Shown piece after piece: positions 1 through 8,904 of a DNA stretch of 64,000 nt. The DNA is from a virus. Each line of letters begins with the position of its first letter. The stretch's first letter is position 1. The position numbers and the translations under genes were made by a program. Under the pieces are notes generated by a model, which saw only the letters and a program-made list of their open reading frames with translations, made no database searches and was not told the origin of the DNA. The stretch is taken from positions 52,383 to 116,382 of IMG/VR virus record IMGVR_UViG_3300020447_000001, one strand, 5' to 3'.

Positions 1-8
1 GGAAAAAG

Positions 9-209
9 ATGAGTCGTAAGAAAGTATTGATAACGATTGCGAAAAACGGGGACATAGAAAGTATTCAACCCGTAGGATATTCGGGACCAAATGCCTGTTA
101 CAAGGCTACTGAACCGTTTGATAAGGCGTTAGCTCCTAATACTAAAACAGACAAAAAGACACCGGACTATTATAAATCCGAAGCAAACAAATTGAGGGAG
201 ACAGAATGA
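9..209 (+). CDS. DUF2997-like small protein
   Basis: V-x-I-x-I-x-K-N-G-D-I ... G-Y-S-G-x-x-A-C ... E-x-F-D-K-A-L ... K-T-P-D-Y-Y pattern; sits directly before a Ycf46-like AAA ATPase, the usual context. Confidence 0.6.
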   Translation: MSRKKVLITIAKNGDIESIQPVGYSGPNACYKATEPFDKALAPNTKTDKKTPDYYKSEANKLRETE

Positions 210-2104
210 GTAAACTAACTACTGAGCTAAACGAAGCGCAGGCGTGCCACGAAAGCGCAATTGTTATTGAAACAACTGAGCCAAGAGAAGTGGAGAATGA
301 GATTCGGGAATTGGTGTATAGTCAAAACAAATCGGTAGACGATGCCGACAAATCAGTTTTATTGGCTATTCATGATCCGGTTAAAGGGCTTTGCGATTCT
401 GAGGGAATGCCGTTCAATGGCGGTGCAGGAGCACAAGACCCTGAGTTAGCAAAGCTAGGTATTGTGCCACAAGCACAGGGCGCTGAAGATGCCCTAACCG
501 CAGTCCAGTTCTTTATGGATATAGCACAGGAGCGACTTACCCGGCTAGAGAATGACGAAGCTCAACCTGGGGATAGTTCGCTTCAGATTCTGATGCTGAA
601 GTACTTCGATCGTCAACTAATGCCTAACGGGTCAGACTCAAACGCTGATCCAATATTATTGACGGCAATTGACCATCTATGTCGCATAGGTGCTCAAGTC
701 AACGTATGCGCAATTTTGTTAACTCAACCCGGAGCAAAGCTTCCAGCTGAGTTCATTGAGTACTGTGCAGTTATTGATCACGAGCTTCCTCCGAATGATG
801 TGAGAGAACTCATCATTGAGGATCTTGTTGAGACGTGTTCGTTTGCTTCGGACATATCTAAAGAAGAGATAACTGCAACTATAAAAGTCACGAGCGGCTT
901 GAGTTACTCAGGTACCGAACGAATTGTAGCGAGAAGTCTTACTAAGCATAAGGGTTTGAACCCATCCGCTATGTTGCGGGAGAAAGGAAAACAGTTAGCA
1001 AAGCGAGACCTGGGGTTCTGGTGTGCTGACATGGACCCCTTTGTATTGTGGCCCGTTCCGGATAATGAGTTTAACCAATACCGCGAGGTTATTTGTCTGG
1101 CGGAGGAAACTCATCAGATGAATTCTCAAGTTCCAGACGGTCATGTTAGAGCCCGTGTTCGATATTTAGATGAGGAGATTAAAAAGGAACACTGGCTTGA
1201 TCCAATGCCTCTCGTAGACTTCGAATCGCAATTTCGCCCTGAGCGAGATTATTTCAGTTACAAAAACTGGATTGGGTTTGAAGGCGTTAAAGATTATATG
1301 CGTAGGGGCGCAGGTACGGTGCAGCCAGATCGTTGCCATATGAAGGGCATCTTGTTTGTTGGCGTTCCTGGGGCTGGTAAATCCTTCGGTATTAAGTGTA
1401 CCGCAGGAGAACTAAAAATGCCCGTTACCTCAATTGAATCGGGTAAGTTGTTTAGCATGTGGCAAGGTGAGACTGACAAGAACTTGTCTCGTATGCTGAA
1501 AACTATCGAAGCGATTGGGGGAATGCTCGCTATTGACGAATACCAACGATTCATCAGCGAAAAGAAAGATAGTTCTGGTAAGTCATCTGGTGACGGAGGC
1601 ACCGGCGAGCGAGTATCTGGAGGTATTCTAACTTGGCAGCAAAACCAGAACGGCGTGTTCATTTTTGGATGTGCTAACGATATCAGTTCTATCCCGTCTG
1701 CGTTTACAAGGTCCGGGCGTTTTCAAAGCACCTTTGTTGTCGGTTTTCCTGGTCGTAAGGCTAAGGATAAAGGCTGGGAAGGGTATAGAAAACGTCATTG
1801 TCTTGAGCAACAGGAGCCGCCAAACGACGAAAACTGGACCGTCGGTGAGATTGCAGAATGCTGCAAGATTGCCGAGCAACAGCGCCTTTCCCTTAAAGAC
1901 GCAGAAAAGTACGTCAAACGCGTCTATAAGGGAGATGGTAAAAAGGAGCAAGACGCTTTATTTGAATGGGCAGAAGACGCTGATTGCATGTGCGTAGAAA
2001 CTGGCGAGAAGTTTGTGCATCCGCGCAAGCAGAAAAGAACTAAGTCAGCTAGTTCTAAGCCCACTACTCGTGCACCTCGTCGAGGTGTCAGAAAGGTTGA
2101 TTAA
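206..2104 (+). CDS. AAA+ ATPase, Ycf46-like, with an ~65-aa insertion
   Basis: Walker A GVPGAGKS, Walker B AIDEYQR, sensor CANDI, SRH RSGRF; ATGA overlap with the upstream gene. Confidence 0.85.
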   Translation: MSKLTTELNEAQACHESAIVIETTEPREVENEIRELVYSQNKSVDDADKSVLLAIHDPVKGLCDSEGMPFNGGAGAQDPELAKLGIVPQAQGAEDALTAVQFFMDIAQERLTRLENDEAQPGDSSLQILMLKYFDRQLMPNGSDSNADPILLTAIDHLCRIGAQVNVCAILLTQPGAKLPAEFIEYCAVIDHELPPNDVRELIIEDLVETCSFASDISKEEITATIKVTSGLSYSGTERIVARSLTKHKGLNPSAMLREKGKQLAKRDLGFWCADMDPFVLWPVPDNEFNQYREVICLAEETHQMNSQVPDGHVRARVRYLDEEIKKEHWLDPMPLVDFESQFRPERDYFSYKNWIGFEGVKDYMRRGAGTVQPDRCHMKGILFVGVPGAGKSFGIKCTAGELKMPVTSIESGKLFSMWQGETDKNLSRMLKTIEAIGGMLAIDEYQRFISEKKDSSGKSSGDGGTGERVSGGILTWQQNQNGVFIFGCANDISSIPSAFTRSGRFQSTFVVGFPGRKAKDKGWEGYRKRHCLEQQEPPNDENWTVGEIAECCKIAEQQRLSLKDAEKYVKRVYKGDGKKEQDALFEWAEDADCMCVETGEKFVHPRKQKRTKSASSKPTTRAPRRGVRKVD

Positions 2105-2106
2105 GT

Positions 2107-2343
2107 ATGATTTCTAGCGATCCTTTAGTGGGAACGTTGGAAGAGAAAGCAATCGAAAATCCCCACGAGTCGCAAGATGAGTGGGGATTTTTGCATTCTC
2201 CTCCGAAGTCAGTGAAGATTATTTATAAGACCACGGCATACGCAGGAATGATAGTGGGAATTGCTTTAGCGTTTCCGCTCATCGCTGTATCTAGCGCTAA
2301 GAAGTGGTACGACAAAAGTAGAAAGGACAAATACGGTGAGTAG
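2107..2343 (+). CDS. small membrane protein
   Basis: 78-aa ORF with one hydrophobic segment (AYAGMIVGIALAFPLIAVSSA); in operon. Confidence 0.55.
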   Translation: MISSDPLVGTLEEKAIENPHESQDEWGFLHSPPKSVKIIYKTTAYAGMIVGIALAFPLIAVSSAKKWYDKSRKDKYGE

Positions 2344-3781
2344 TAATGAACAATGGGAGCCGTTTTTCAACGCGTATCCCGAGCAAAGTGACGATCTACT
2401 CTTACAAACGATGGAGGAAGAAATGGCAGAAAATGCACAGGAACCTACCCCACAAACACCGCAGGATGCAGTAGATAATTTGGGTGAAATTGACGTGGAT
2501 CAAGCAGCGAATTGGGTGGGCAGTAATTGTTCATTCTTTTGTTATAGCATTAGCAGCCCGCCCAAAAGTCGGACGATTCCTAGGAATGAGATGGAAGTTA
2601 TTGCGTCTGCTGCTCATGCAGATCCGGATGCAGTTCAAACTTCTTTGAAGATCTTTGATCCGAAGGAATTTCCTATTATCAAGGAGGGAGCGGCAGTACA
2701 AAAGCGCTTTGACGCGCTCATTAACAAATACGCAGTTCCGAAGCAAACACTTGTGCGGGGGTTAGCTGCAAAGACCGCAGAGGAAAATGGTGGTCTTAAA
2801 CAAGTTGTAGACAACGAGCGCGATAAAGGACGTTATATGATTCTCAACGAGAACATTGAAACGTTCGTGACGCAGTTCGATGTGATTATGGCTTCTTACA
2901 TGGATTGGGGGCAACGATTGTTGCAACGATATGAAACCATTAAAGAACGCGATAAGACGCGATTAGCTGATTTCTGGTCGTTGATTCGCCATAAGTATCC
3001 GAGTCAAGCTTATGTGGAGTCAAAGATTCGTGTTCGCTCGCCCTCGTTTGAAGCAGCTAATCACATGCTGAGTACGACTCATTTGCCGCAAAGGATGCGA
3101 GAAGCATTAACTGAGCAATATAAGTCCGAAGCTGCTTCGCAGGTTCAGGCTTGTTGTGAGGCTATGATGCAAGCGCTTCTGGATGCGGTGACGCTCGCCA
3201 CTAAGCAGTTGGGACGAAGGACTCGAGTTAATCCTGCAATTGAGGATCCGGATTACGCCCATCTTCGAGATGGAGAAGTAGCTTTCTTTGAGAGTCACGA
3301 AGACGCCAAGGAAGATATTCCGGAGGATTTTGTTCGTGTGAAAATCCAACTCGTTAAGACAGACGAGAACGGAAAGCGAACGAATAAGCGTGATCAGCAG
3401 GGTAATCCAGCGACGGAAGTGTTATTAATTCCCGAGGAAGAGTTTACTTCGCGTTTAAAGCCTCGCCAAACGAATGACGAGTATTGTCGCTTGTTCGACG
3501 GACAAATACAGGCTTTGATTGATATGGGCGAGAAGCTGCATAAGTTCGAGGGATTGTTGGACGTAGGGAATAGCCCGTTGAAATCGTTTTCAGACCAAGT
3601 GCAAACTATCTTGACTGCACATGGTGAATCTAGTTCGTCTATCACTAACAGCCTCAAAAATAGTGGATTACGACGAGATACTGTGCATGGTCAATTGTCT
3701 GATTTAAAAGGAAAATTGGCGGAGCAACTTACTATTCAAAGTAAGAAGAAAAAGGTAAGTCGACGTAACTTAGGCGTTTAG
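2336..3781 (+). CDS. DUF3150-like helical protein
   Basis: G-R-Y-M-I ... F-V-T-Q-F ... Y-E-T-I-K ... K-Y-P-S pattern resembling DUF3150 partners of AAA ATPases; ends in RRNLGV. Confidence 0.5.
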   Translation: MSSNEQWEPFFNAYPEQSDDLLLQTMEEEMAENAQEPTPQTPQDAVDNLGEIDVDQAANWVGSNCSFFCYSISSPPKSRTIPRNEMEVIASAAHADPDAVQTSLKIFDPKEFPIIKEGAAVQKRFDALINKYAVPKQTLVRGLAAKTAEENGGLKQVVDNERDKGRYMILNENIETFVTQFDVIMASYMDWGQRLLQRYETIKERDKTRLADFWSLIRHKYPSQAYVESKIRVRSPSFEAANHMLSTTHLPQRMREALTEQYKSEAASQVQACCEAMMQALLDAVTLATKQLGRRTRVNPAIEDPDYAHLRDGEVAFFESHEDAKEDIPEDFVRVKIQLVKTDENGKRTNKRDQQGNPATEVLLIPEEEFTSRLKPRQTNDEYCRLFDGQIQALIDMGEKLHKFEGLLDVGNSPLKSFSDQVQTILTAHGESSSSITNSLKNSGLRRDTVHGQLSDLKGKLAEQLTIQSKKKKVSRRNLGV

Positions 3782-3793
3782 TAGGAGTTTAGT

Positions 3794-4159
3794 ATGTCTC
3801 TAACTACTCGTGACATGGAGCATGCACGACAACGGGTAGCTGGTATGACTCCGCCTCAATTACTGACTAGACTAAATCGTATAACGAAGCCGGAAAAGTT
3901 GCATGCTTTTTCTGCCGCAGTTGCAGAGCATCTTGAGGCGTGTAACTCAGAGCGTGAGGTTAAAAGATACCATCGTGTACTTGTACGCATTGATGAACGT
4001 CGAGATAGCAATACGCTAGATTTAGAGTATTACCTAGGTAGATTTCAGGCAACAAAAATGCCCGAGAAACCTAAGGTTAAGGAAGTAATTGTTAAGCAAC
4101 CAGTTATTCAACTACCTAAACCTAAGAAGAAGATAGCGAGGAGAAACTTAGGCGTATGA
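3794..4159 (+). CDS. hypothetical protein ending in RRNLGV
   Basis: AGGAG RBS upstream; 121 aa. Confidence 0.7.
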   Translation: MSLTTRDMEHARQRVAGMTPPQLLTRLNRITKPEKLHAFSAAVAEHLEACNSEREVKRYHRVLVRIDERRDSNTLDLEYYLGRFQATKMPEKPKVKEVIVKQPVIQLPKPKKKIARRNLGV

Positions 4160-4464
4160 AGATCGTGATCGATAAGGACGCTACTGTCCATAAGATCTAC
4201 GAAAAAGAATTTGATGATGAGCTTGGTCTCACGCATCAACGGGCATCGCACGTTGAGCCGGTTAATCCGGTTCTTCGTGCGTTGTTCCATCTTATTCGTA
4301 GGTGGGTGCACGACACCAGCATCCTGGCAGACTTTACACGGCTATGGCCCTGTAAGTGGAGAGCCAGGATATTTGACGGCCCTACGTTGGGTCCGTTTAG
4401 CCGCAGGAGCGACGCCATCGGGGCAGAAATTAAACACATTGAAAGACAGTTTTTGAAAGGGTAA
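4156..4464 (+). CDS. hypothetical phage protein
   Basis: ATGA overlap; 102 aa. Confidence 0.65.
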   Translation: MKIVIDKDATVHKIYEKEFDDELGLTHQRASHVEPVNPVLRALFHLIRRWVHDTSILADFTRLWPCKWRARIFDGPTLGPFSRRSDAIGAEIKHIERQFLKG

Positions 4465-4468
4465 CAAA

Positions 4469-4909
4469 ATGACAGTAACACTAGATGACGTAACAACAGC
4501 AGCACTAGCAAAGTATTACACCAAGGAAAGCAAAAACATCGATGTTGCGCCTGGCGCACATACGATTGACGAAGAATTCTCCGTTCGTGTCGTTGGAACG
4601 ATTGAGCGAAAGCCTGACACAGAAGCAAAGCCGCCTATGCGGATTCCAATCGCACATGTGTTAGCTGTGTTCATTGGAAACATCGATACCTACCATCCGG
4701 AAATTGCAGATGACGTACGGGAGGATCTGCAAAAAACGTTGAAAGAATGCGCCACAAAACCAGAGCGTATAGAGAGAAACTATCCGGCTGAGCTAGCGAT
4801 CACCAAAGACATGGTGGACGATGCAGAAGCTTATTACAAGAAGCGTGTTGACGCTAAGCCCCGAAAAGGTGCGACGTCTTTCCACGGCAAAGTAACGGTT
4901 ATCAGCTAA
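4469..4909 (+). CDS. hypothetical protein
   Basis: 146-aa ORF in operon, followed by a terminator. Confidence 0.65.
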   Translation: MTVTLDDVTTAALAKYYTKESKNIDVAPGAHTIDEEFSVRVVGTIERKPDTEAKPPMRIPIAHVLAVFIGNIDTYHPEIADDVREDLQKTLKECATKPERIERNYPAELAITKDMVDDAEAYYKKRVDAKPRKGATSFHGKVTVIS

Positions 4910-4924
4910 TAACTAAACTAGCTT

Positions 4925-4958
4925 ACGGGGGCGGCATATTAGTGTCGCCCCCGTTTTT
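4925..4958 (+). terminator. intrinsic terminator
   Basis: ACGGGGGCGGCA-tattag-TGTCGCCCCCGT followed by a T run. Confidence 0.75.
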
Positions 4959-4968
4959 GGAGGTACAC

Positions 4969-6486
4969 ATGAGTTGGTTTGAAGTAGATCGAAAAGGGAT
5001 GAGGCAGGTTAATCAGAGGATTGTTGATCGCCGTGGATTCGGCATCATGATGGGAGAGTTGTATCAGAATGTAATGGATACAGATGCGACGGAGTGTTTC
5101 ATCACTACGACAAATCTAGAAGGACGTTCTCGAGTTGAGGTAGTTATAACAGACAATGGTCCTGGTTTTGCTCGTCTTTCGGACGCCTGGACAATGTTTG
5201 CACCGTCCATGAAGAAAGACGATCCTACAAAAGCCGGTCGTTTCAACCTGGGCGAGAAGATGGTGCTATCGTTCTGCCACAGTGCGCAGATCGAGACGAC
5301 GAGCGGTACTGTTGAGTTTAATGAGGATGATGACGATCGAAAACTGGATGTGCGACGAAAATACGCGGACGGTACTCGAGTTACGTTGGAGTTGATGTGT
5401 AATCAAAAACAGTTCGATGAAATGCTGGATTACATACCTACACTTATTGTGCGTGAAGGATTACGTCTTTGCGTAAACGGCGCGGAGATACATCATCGCG
5501 AACCTATCGCAACGTGGGAAGAAACTATCCCTACCGAGATCGGAGAAGATTTACGGAAGAGCCGCCGTAAAACAGAAGTTCGTATCTATGAGCCTGAAAT
5601 AGGCGAAGTACCTATGCTTTACGAAATGGGTATCCCCGTCGTTGAGACAGGAGATAAGTGGCATGTTTCTGTTGAGCAGAAGGTTCCTCTCAATACAGAG
5701 CGGGACAACGTAACGCCTTCGTTCCTGAAGGAAGTCCGCGTGTCTGTTGTTAACAACATGCACGAGCAGTTGGACGAGGAAGATACTCAAGCGGCGTGGG
5801 TCAATGAGGCTACGTCCGATAAGCGTTGTAATGACGATGCATCTGAGACTTTTCGCATTAAGAAGTATGGCGAGAAAAGTGTGGCGTTTGATCCCTCCAA
5901 CCCCGAGGCAAACGCTGTAGCCATGAGTGAGGGATACACGATTATCCCTTCGCGTGGTCTTACGTCTGGGCAGCGAGATAATCTGAAAGGCGCTGGAACA
6001 TTAAGTTCGTCATCTCAAGAGTTTCCTACCGCAGGTGTAGGAGCGTACAGCGACGATCCTACATCTCCACCAGTGGAAGTACTTGCAGAGGATGACTTAA
6101 CCGAAGCTATGGTGGAGGTTCGTCAGTACTCCAAGGTGCTTGGTATGGAGCTTTTGGGTGTGGCAATCAGCGTTAGGTTTGTCCGCATGAAGAGGTTCCC
6201 AGGAAAACCCTGGATTGCGGCTTTTGGGGCCAAACAATTGGACTTTAATGTCCATAAGATTGGTAAGAAAGCATTTGCCACAAAGTACGCAGTTGGAACC
6301 GAAAATCTAGACTCGCTATTGATTCACGAGTTTGGTCATCATTTCGAGTCTGATCATCTTAGCTCTAAGTACCACGAAGCTTTGTGTAACTTAGGTGCGA
6401 AACTAAAGGCTGTGACTTTAAACCAATTGCAGGCCGCTCAAAAGGCTAATGACGACGGAGTCTCTTATGAGAAGGTACAGAAATGA
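4969..6486 (+). CDS. GHKL (HATPase_c/MORC-like) ATPase with C-terminal HEXXH motif
   Basis: N-box ELYQNVMD, G1 DNGPGF, G2 GRFNLGEK, G3 GTRV; C-terminal LLIHEFGHH; start moved to the ATG after GGAGG. Confidence 0.8.
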   Translation: MSWFEVDRKGMRQVNQRIVDRRGFGIMMGELYQNVMDTDATECFITTTNLEGRSRVEVVITDNGPGFARLSDAWTMFAPSMKKDDPTKAGRFNLGEKMVLSFCHSAQIETTSGTVEFNEDDDDRKLDVRRKYADGTRVTLELMCNQKQFDEMLDYIPTLIVREGLRLCVNGAEIHHREPIATWEETIPTEIGEDLRKSRRKTEVRIYEPEIGEVPMLYEMGIPVVETGDKWHVSVEQKVPLNTERDNVTPSFLKEVRVSVVNNMHEQLDEEDTQAAWVNEATSDKRCNDDASETFRIKKYGEKSVAFDPSNPEANAVAMSEGYTIIPSRGLTSGQRDNLKGAGTLSSSSQEFPTAGVGAYSDDPTSPPVEVLAEDDLTEAMVEVRQYSKVLGMELLGVAISVRFVRMKRFPGKPWIAAFGAKQLDFNVHKIGKKAFATKYAVGTENLDSLLIHEFGHHFESDHLSSKYHEALCNLGAKLKAVTLNQLQAAQKANDDGVSYEKVQK

Positions 6487-6623
6487 CATTTTTTGTGTAC
6501 GCAGAAACAATGATTGCTTCGGATGCGGAATCGGAAGAAGACGCTAAGGAGGAGGCTCGACAAACGTTGATTGAGCGCCTGCTGAAAAACGAAGTTGAAT
6601 GGCTAGTAGAGGAGGAAGAATAA
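6483..6623 (+). CDS. small acidic protein (46 aa, not in ORF track)
   Basis: MTFFVYAETMIASDAESEEDAKEEARQ...; ATGA overlap upstream and TAATG overlap downstream. Confidence 0.6.
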   Translation: MTFFVYAETMIASDAESEEDAKEEARQTLIERLLKNEVEWLVEEEE

Positions 6624-7060
6624 TGGGAGCTGATCTTATTTTAACTTCACTTCCTCGTTGTCAACTTACTGACGAGAGGAAAGTAAAGATTAGAGAAGCA
6701 GTAGAAGGAGTACCCGATAAGGAGGTCCTTGCATTTAATAGCGATTTTCGCTGCATGGAGTTATCGGACGAGAAAGATCCTTCTAGTTTAAGCGAGGAGG
6801 AACACGATAAGGAACTTGCCAAGGAAGTGCGAGAAGATATTCTTGAAGCCTGCCTTGAGATTTTGCGCGATGCTGACGAACCTCGAGATATGAGTACTAT
6901 ACGTTTTCCAGGAATGAAATATGACGTCCTGATAAGCGGAGGTATGTCTTGGGGGGATATGCCTACAGACAGCTGCGACTTGTTTGACCGGTGTCAAAAC
7001 TTTGAGCCTATTTGGGATCTTCTTCAAGCATTTGCGGAGGAGGATTTTAAATGTCAGTAA
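6623..7060 (+). CDS. hypothetical protein
   Basis: TAATG coupling suggests a start at 6623; ISGGMSWGD motif. Confidence 0.65.
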   Translation: MGADLILTSLPRCQLTDERKVKIREAVEGVPDKEVLAFNSDFRCMELSDEKDPSSLSEEEHDKELAKEVREDILEACLEILRDADEPRDMSTIRFPGMKYDVLISGGMSWGDMPTDSCDLFDRCQNFEPIWDLLQAFAEEDFKCQ

Positions 7061-7740
7061 CAGCGGGTAATACCAAGCTGGGGAAACTCATTTGGTGTTG
7101 GTCGTTGCCTACGTTAGCGGCTATCTGTGTTGGATCCACAGAGGTCTGTAGAAAATTATGCTATGCAATGAAGGGCTTCTTTCGAATGCCCAGTGTGAAG
7201 GATGCACATTACAAAAACTACCAAATGTCCCAAGAGAAGGACTTCTCGCAGTATATGAGTATGGCCCTGAGCAATATCTTTGCCAGGGTCGTACGCGTCC
7301 ATGTAAGCGGGGACTTCTATAATGAGGCCTACGTACGGAAATGGCTCAAGATCGTCCGTAGGAGGCCATATATTGCGTTCTATGCCTATACACGGAGCTG
7401 GCGTAGCGACGAGATACTTCCAGCGCTGAAAGAGCTGGCAAAAGAGCCTAATTTCTTCATGTGGTGGTCCTGTGACAAAGACACAGGGGCTCCGCCGCGT
7501 AGTAGATATGTTAGGCGAGCTTACTTAATGGAGAACGACGATGACATCGCTTCTTACAAGGTTGATCTCGTATTTCGAGACAAATGCAAGACAGTGATGA
7601 AATATGACCCGAAGGGCAATCAAGTGTGCCCGTACGATAACGGGGTAACACTTACAACTTGCTCTAAGTGCAAGCTGTGCTTTACAGACGAGGTAATAGC
7701 TAAGAAAAAGCTCGTCGAGCTTAGCCCATCAGTCGTATAG
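7051..7740 (+). CDS. Gp88-like (radical-SAM-related) phage protein
   Basis: GNTKLG...WSLP...C...C...CYA, RVHVSGDFY, FYAYTRSW, C-terminal CxxCxxC. Confidence 0.75.
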   Translation: MSVTAGNTKLGKLIWCWSLPTLAAICVGSTEVCRKLCYAMKGFFRMPSVKDAHYKNYQMSQEKDFSQYMSMALSNIFARVVRVHVSGDFYNEAYVRKWLKIVRRRPYIAFYAYTRSWRSDEILPALKELAKEPNFFMWWSCDKDTGAPPRSRYVRRAYLMENDDDIASYKVDLVFRDKCKTVMKYDPKGNQVCPYDNGVTLTTCSKCKLCFTDEVIAKKKLVELSPSVV

Positions 7741-8904
7741 TTTAGCTAGAGCTTCTAGAACCTCTTGAGGAGGTCCTTCATGCGAAGCTGTTTTCCCGAA
7801 AGCCGGGTCTTGTCCAGATTCTGCCAGTAAATGCTCTAGTAGTTCTGCGTCAGGGGTGGGCAGTGTATGTGCAATTTCAGCCATTTTTTCTGAATCAATC
7901 TCTAATCCGGTACAAACTTCATTAGCAAAATCAGAGCCAAACAAAGACTCTACATCGTCTTTAGCTAACTTGGCTAGTTGATTTTTATTATAGACACTAC
8001 CGGTTTGAAGAGTGCACAACTCTGCCTGCTCTGATGCAGCTTTAGTAAAAGTAACTTTGAAGATAACGTCTTCAGGGCGTTGGATATTATCTGTGTACTT
8101 GCCTTTGATATGCAACGCACTATCGATAATATCGATTGTCTCCGCTAGCTTAACGAGCTCTGTTGGTTGTAAAGCAATACGTGCGTGATTTTTTACTGCT
8201 GAAGCTAGCTTAAGAATTTCTTCTTTATACGTAGCTTTTGTAGCTAAATTAGCACGTTGTTTAATCATAGAAATAACTTCGTCAGGATCGGGAATACCGT
8301 GTCCTGCTTGTTTTTCTGTATGCTCGCCCAATTGCTCCCCTAAGTTAGTACCAGTATTACCGGCCTTTTCCAGGATCTTTTTGGCAATAACATTCCGGTC
8401 TGAAAACGGTAACCGGTCTTGGTACTTATGCAGCCACTCAGCGGCTGCCTTAATGTTCATAGAGGAATTAAGCGGAAGATATCTTTCTTTACCTCCCCGA
8501 TCGTCTACCCACACGTAAGCGTAGGAAGAATCGGGAAGTTCTTGTGAAATCAGGTCGTTTGCTTGTTTAACTAAAGCGTCGTAAGCGGGACGAATTCGCC
8601 AGTAATTAACGTAATTTTCTAGCCTAGATTCAATACGTTGCCGGTCTTTGGGGTGATATTCGGCCTTCTTTTCGTGGAAATACATTCCTGAAACCCATGT
8701 AGCAGCAGCGGTATGGCACGCAAACTTTTGACGTACAGGATCTGCGTACGAATTAATAGCAATACCATCAGGATTCATAGTAAAATCTAAGTTGGCCTGC
8801 TTTACGAAGGCAGGAATCTCGTACAATTTAACCATACGAGCCAGTTCTTCGCGATTTGTATCGCTAGCTGCATCAATAATTAAAGCATTTGCTGAAGGCA
8901 TCAT
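7729..8904 (-). CDS. hypothetical protein, possibly virion/head associated
   Basis: 391-aa ORF on the same strand as the terminase; recurring K-x-A motifs; function not assignable. Confidence 0.6.
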   Translation of the reverse strand: MMPSANALIIDAASDTNREELARMVKLYEIPAFVKQANLDFTMNPDGIAINSYADPVRQKFACHTAAATWVSGMYFHEKKAEYHPKDRQRIESRLENYVNYWRIRPAYDALVKQANDLISQELPDSSYAYVWVDDRGGKERYLPLNSSMNIKAAAEWLHKYQDRLPFSDRNVIAKKILEKAGNTGTNLGEQLGEHTEKQAGHGIPDPDEVISMIKQRANLATKATYKEEILKLASAVKNHARIALQPTELVKLAETIDIIDSALHIKGKYTDNIQRPEDVIFKVTFTKAASEQAELCTLQTGSVYNKNQLAKLAKDDVESLFGSDFANEVCTGLEIDSEKMAEIAHTLPTPDAELLEHLLAESGQDPAFGKTASHEGPPQEVLEALAKLYD

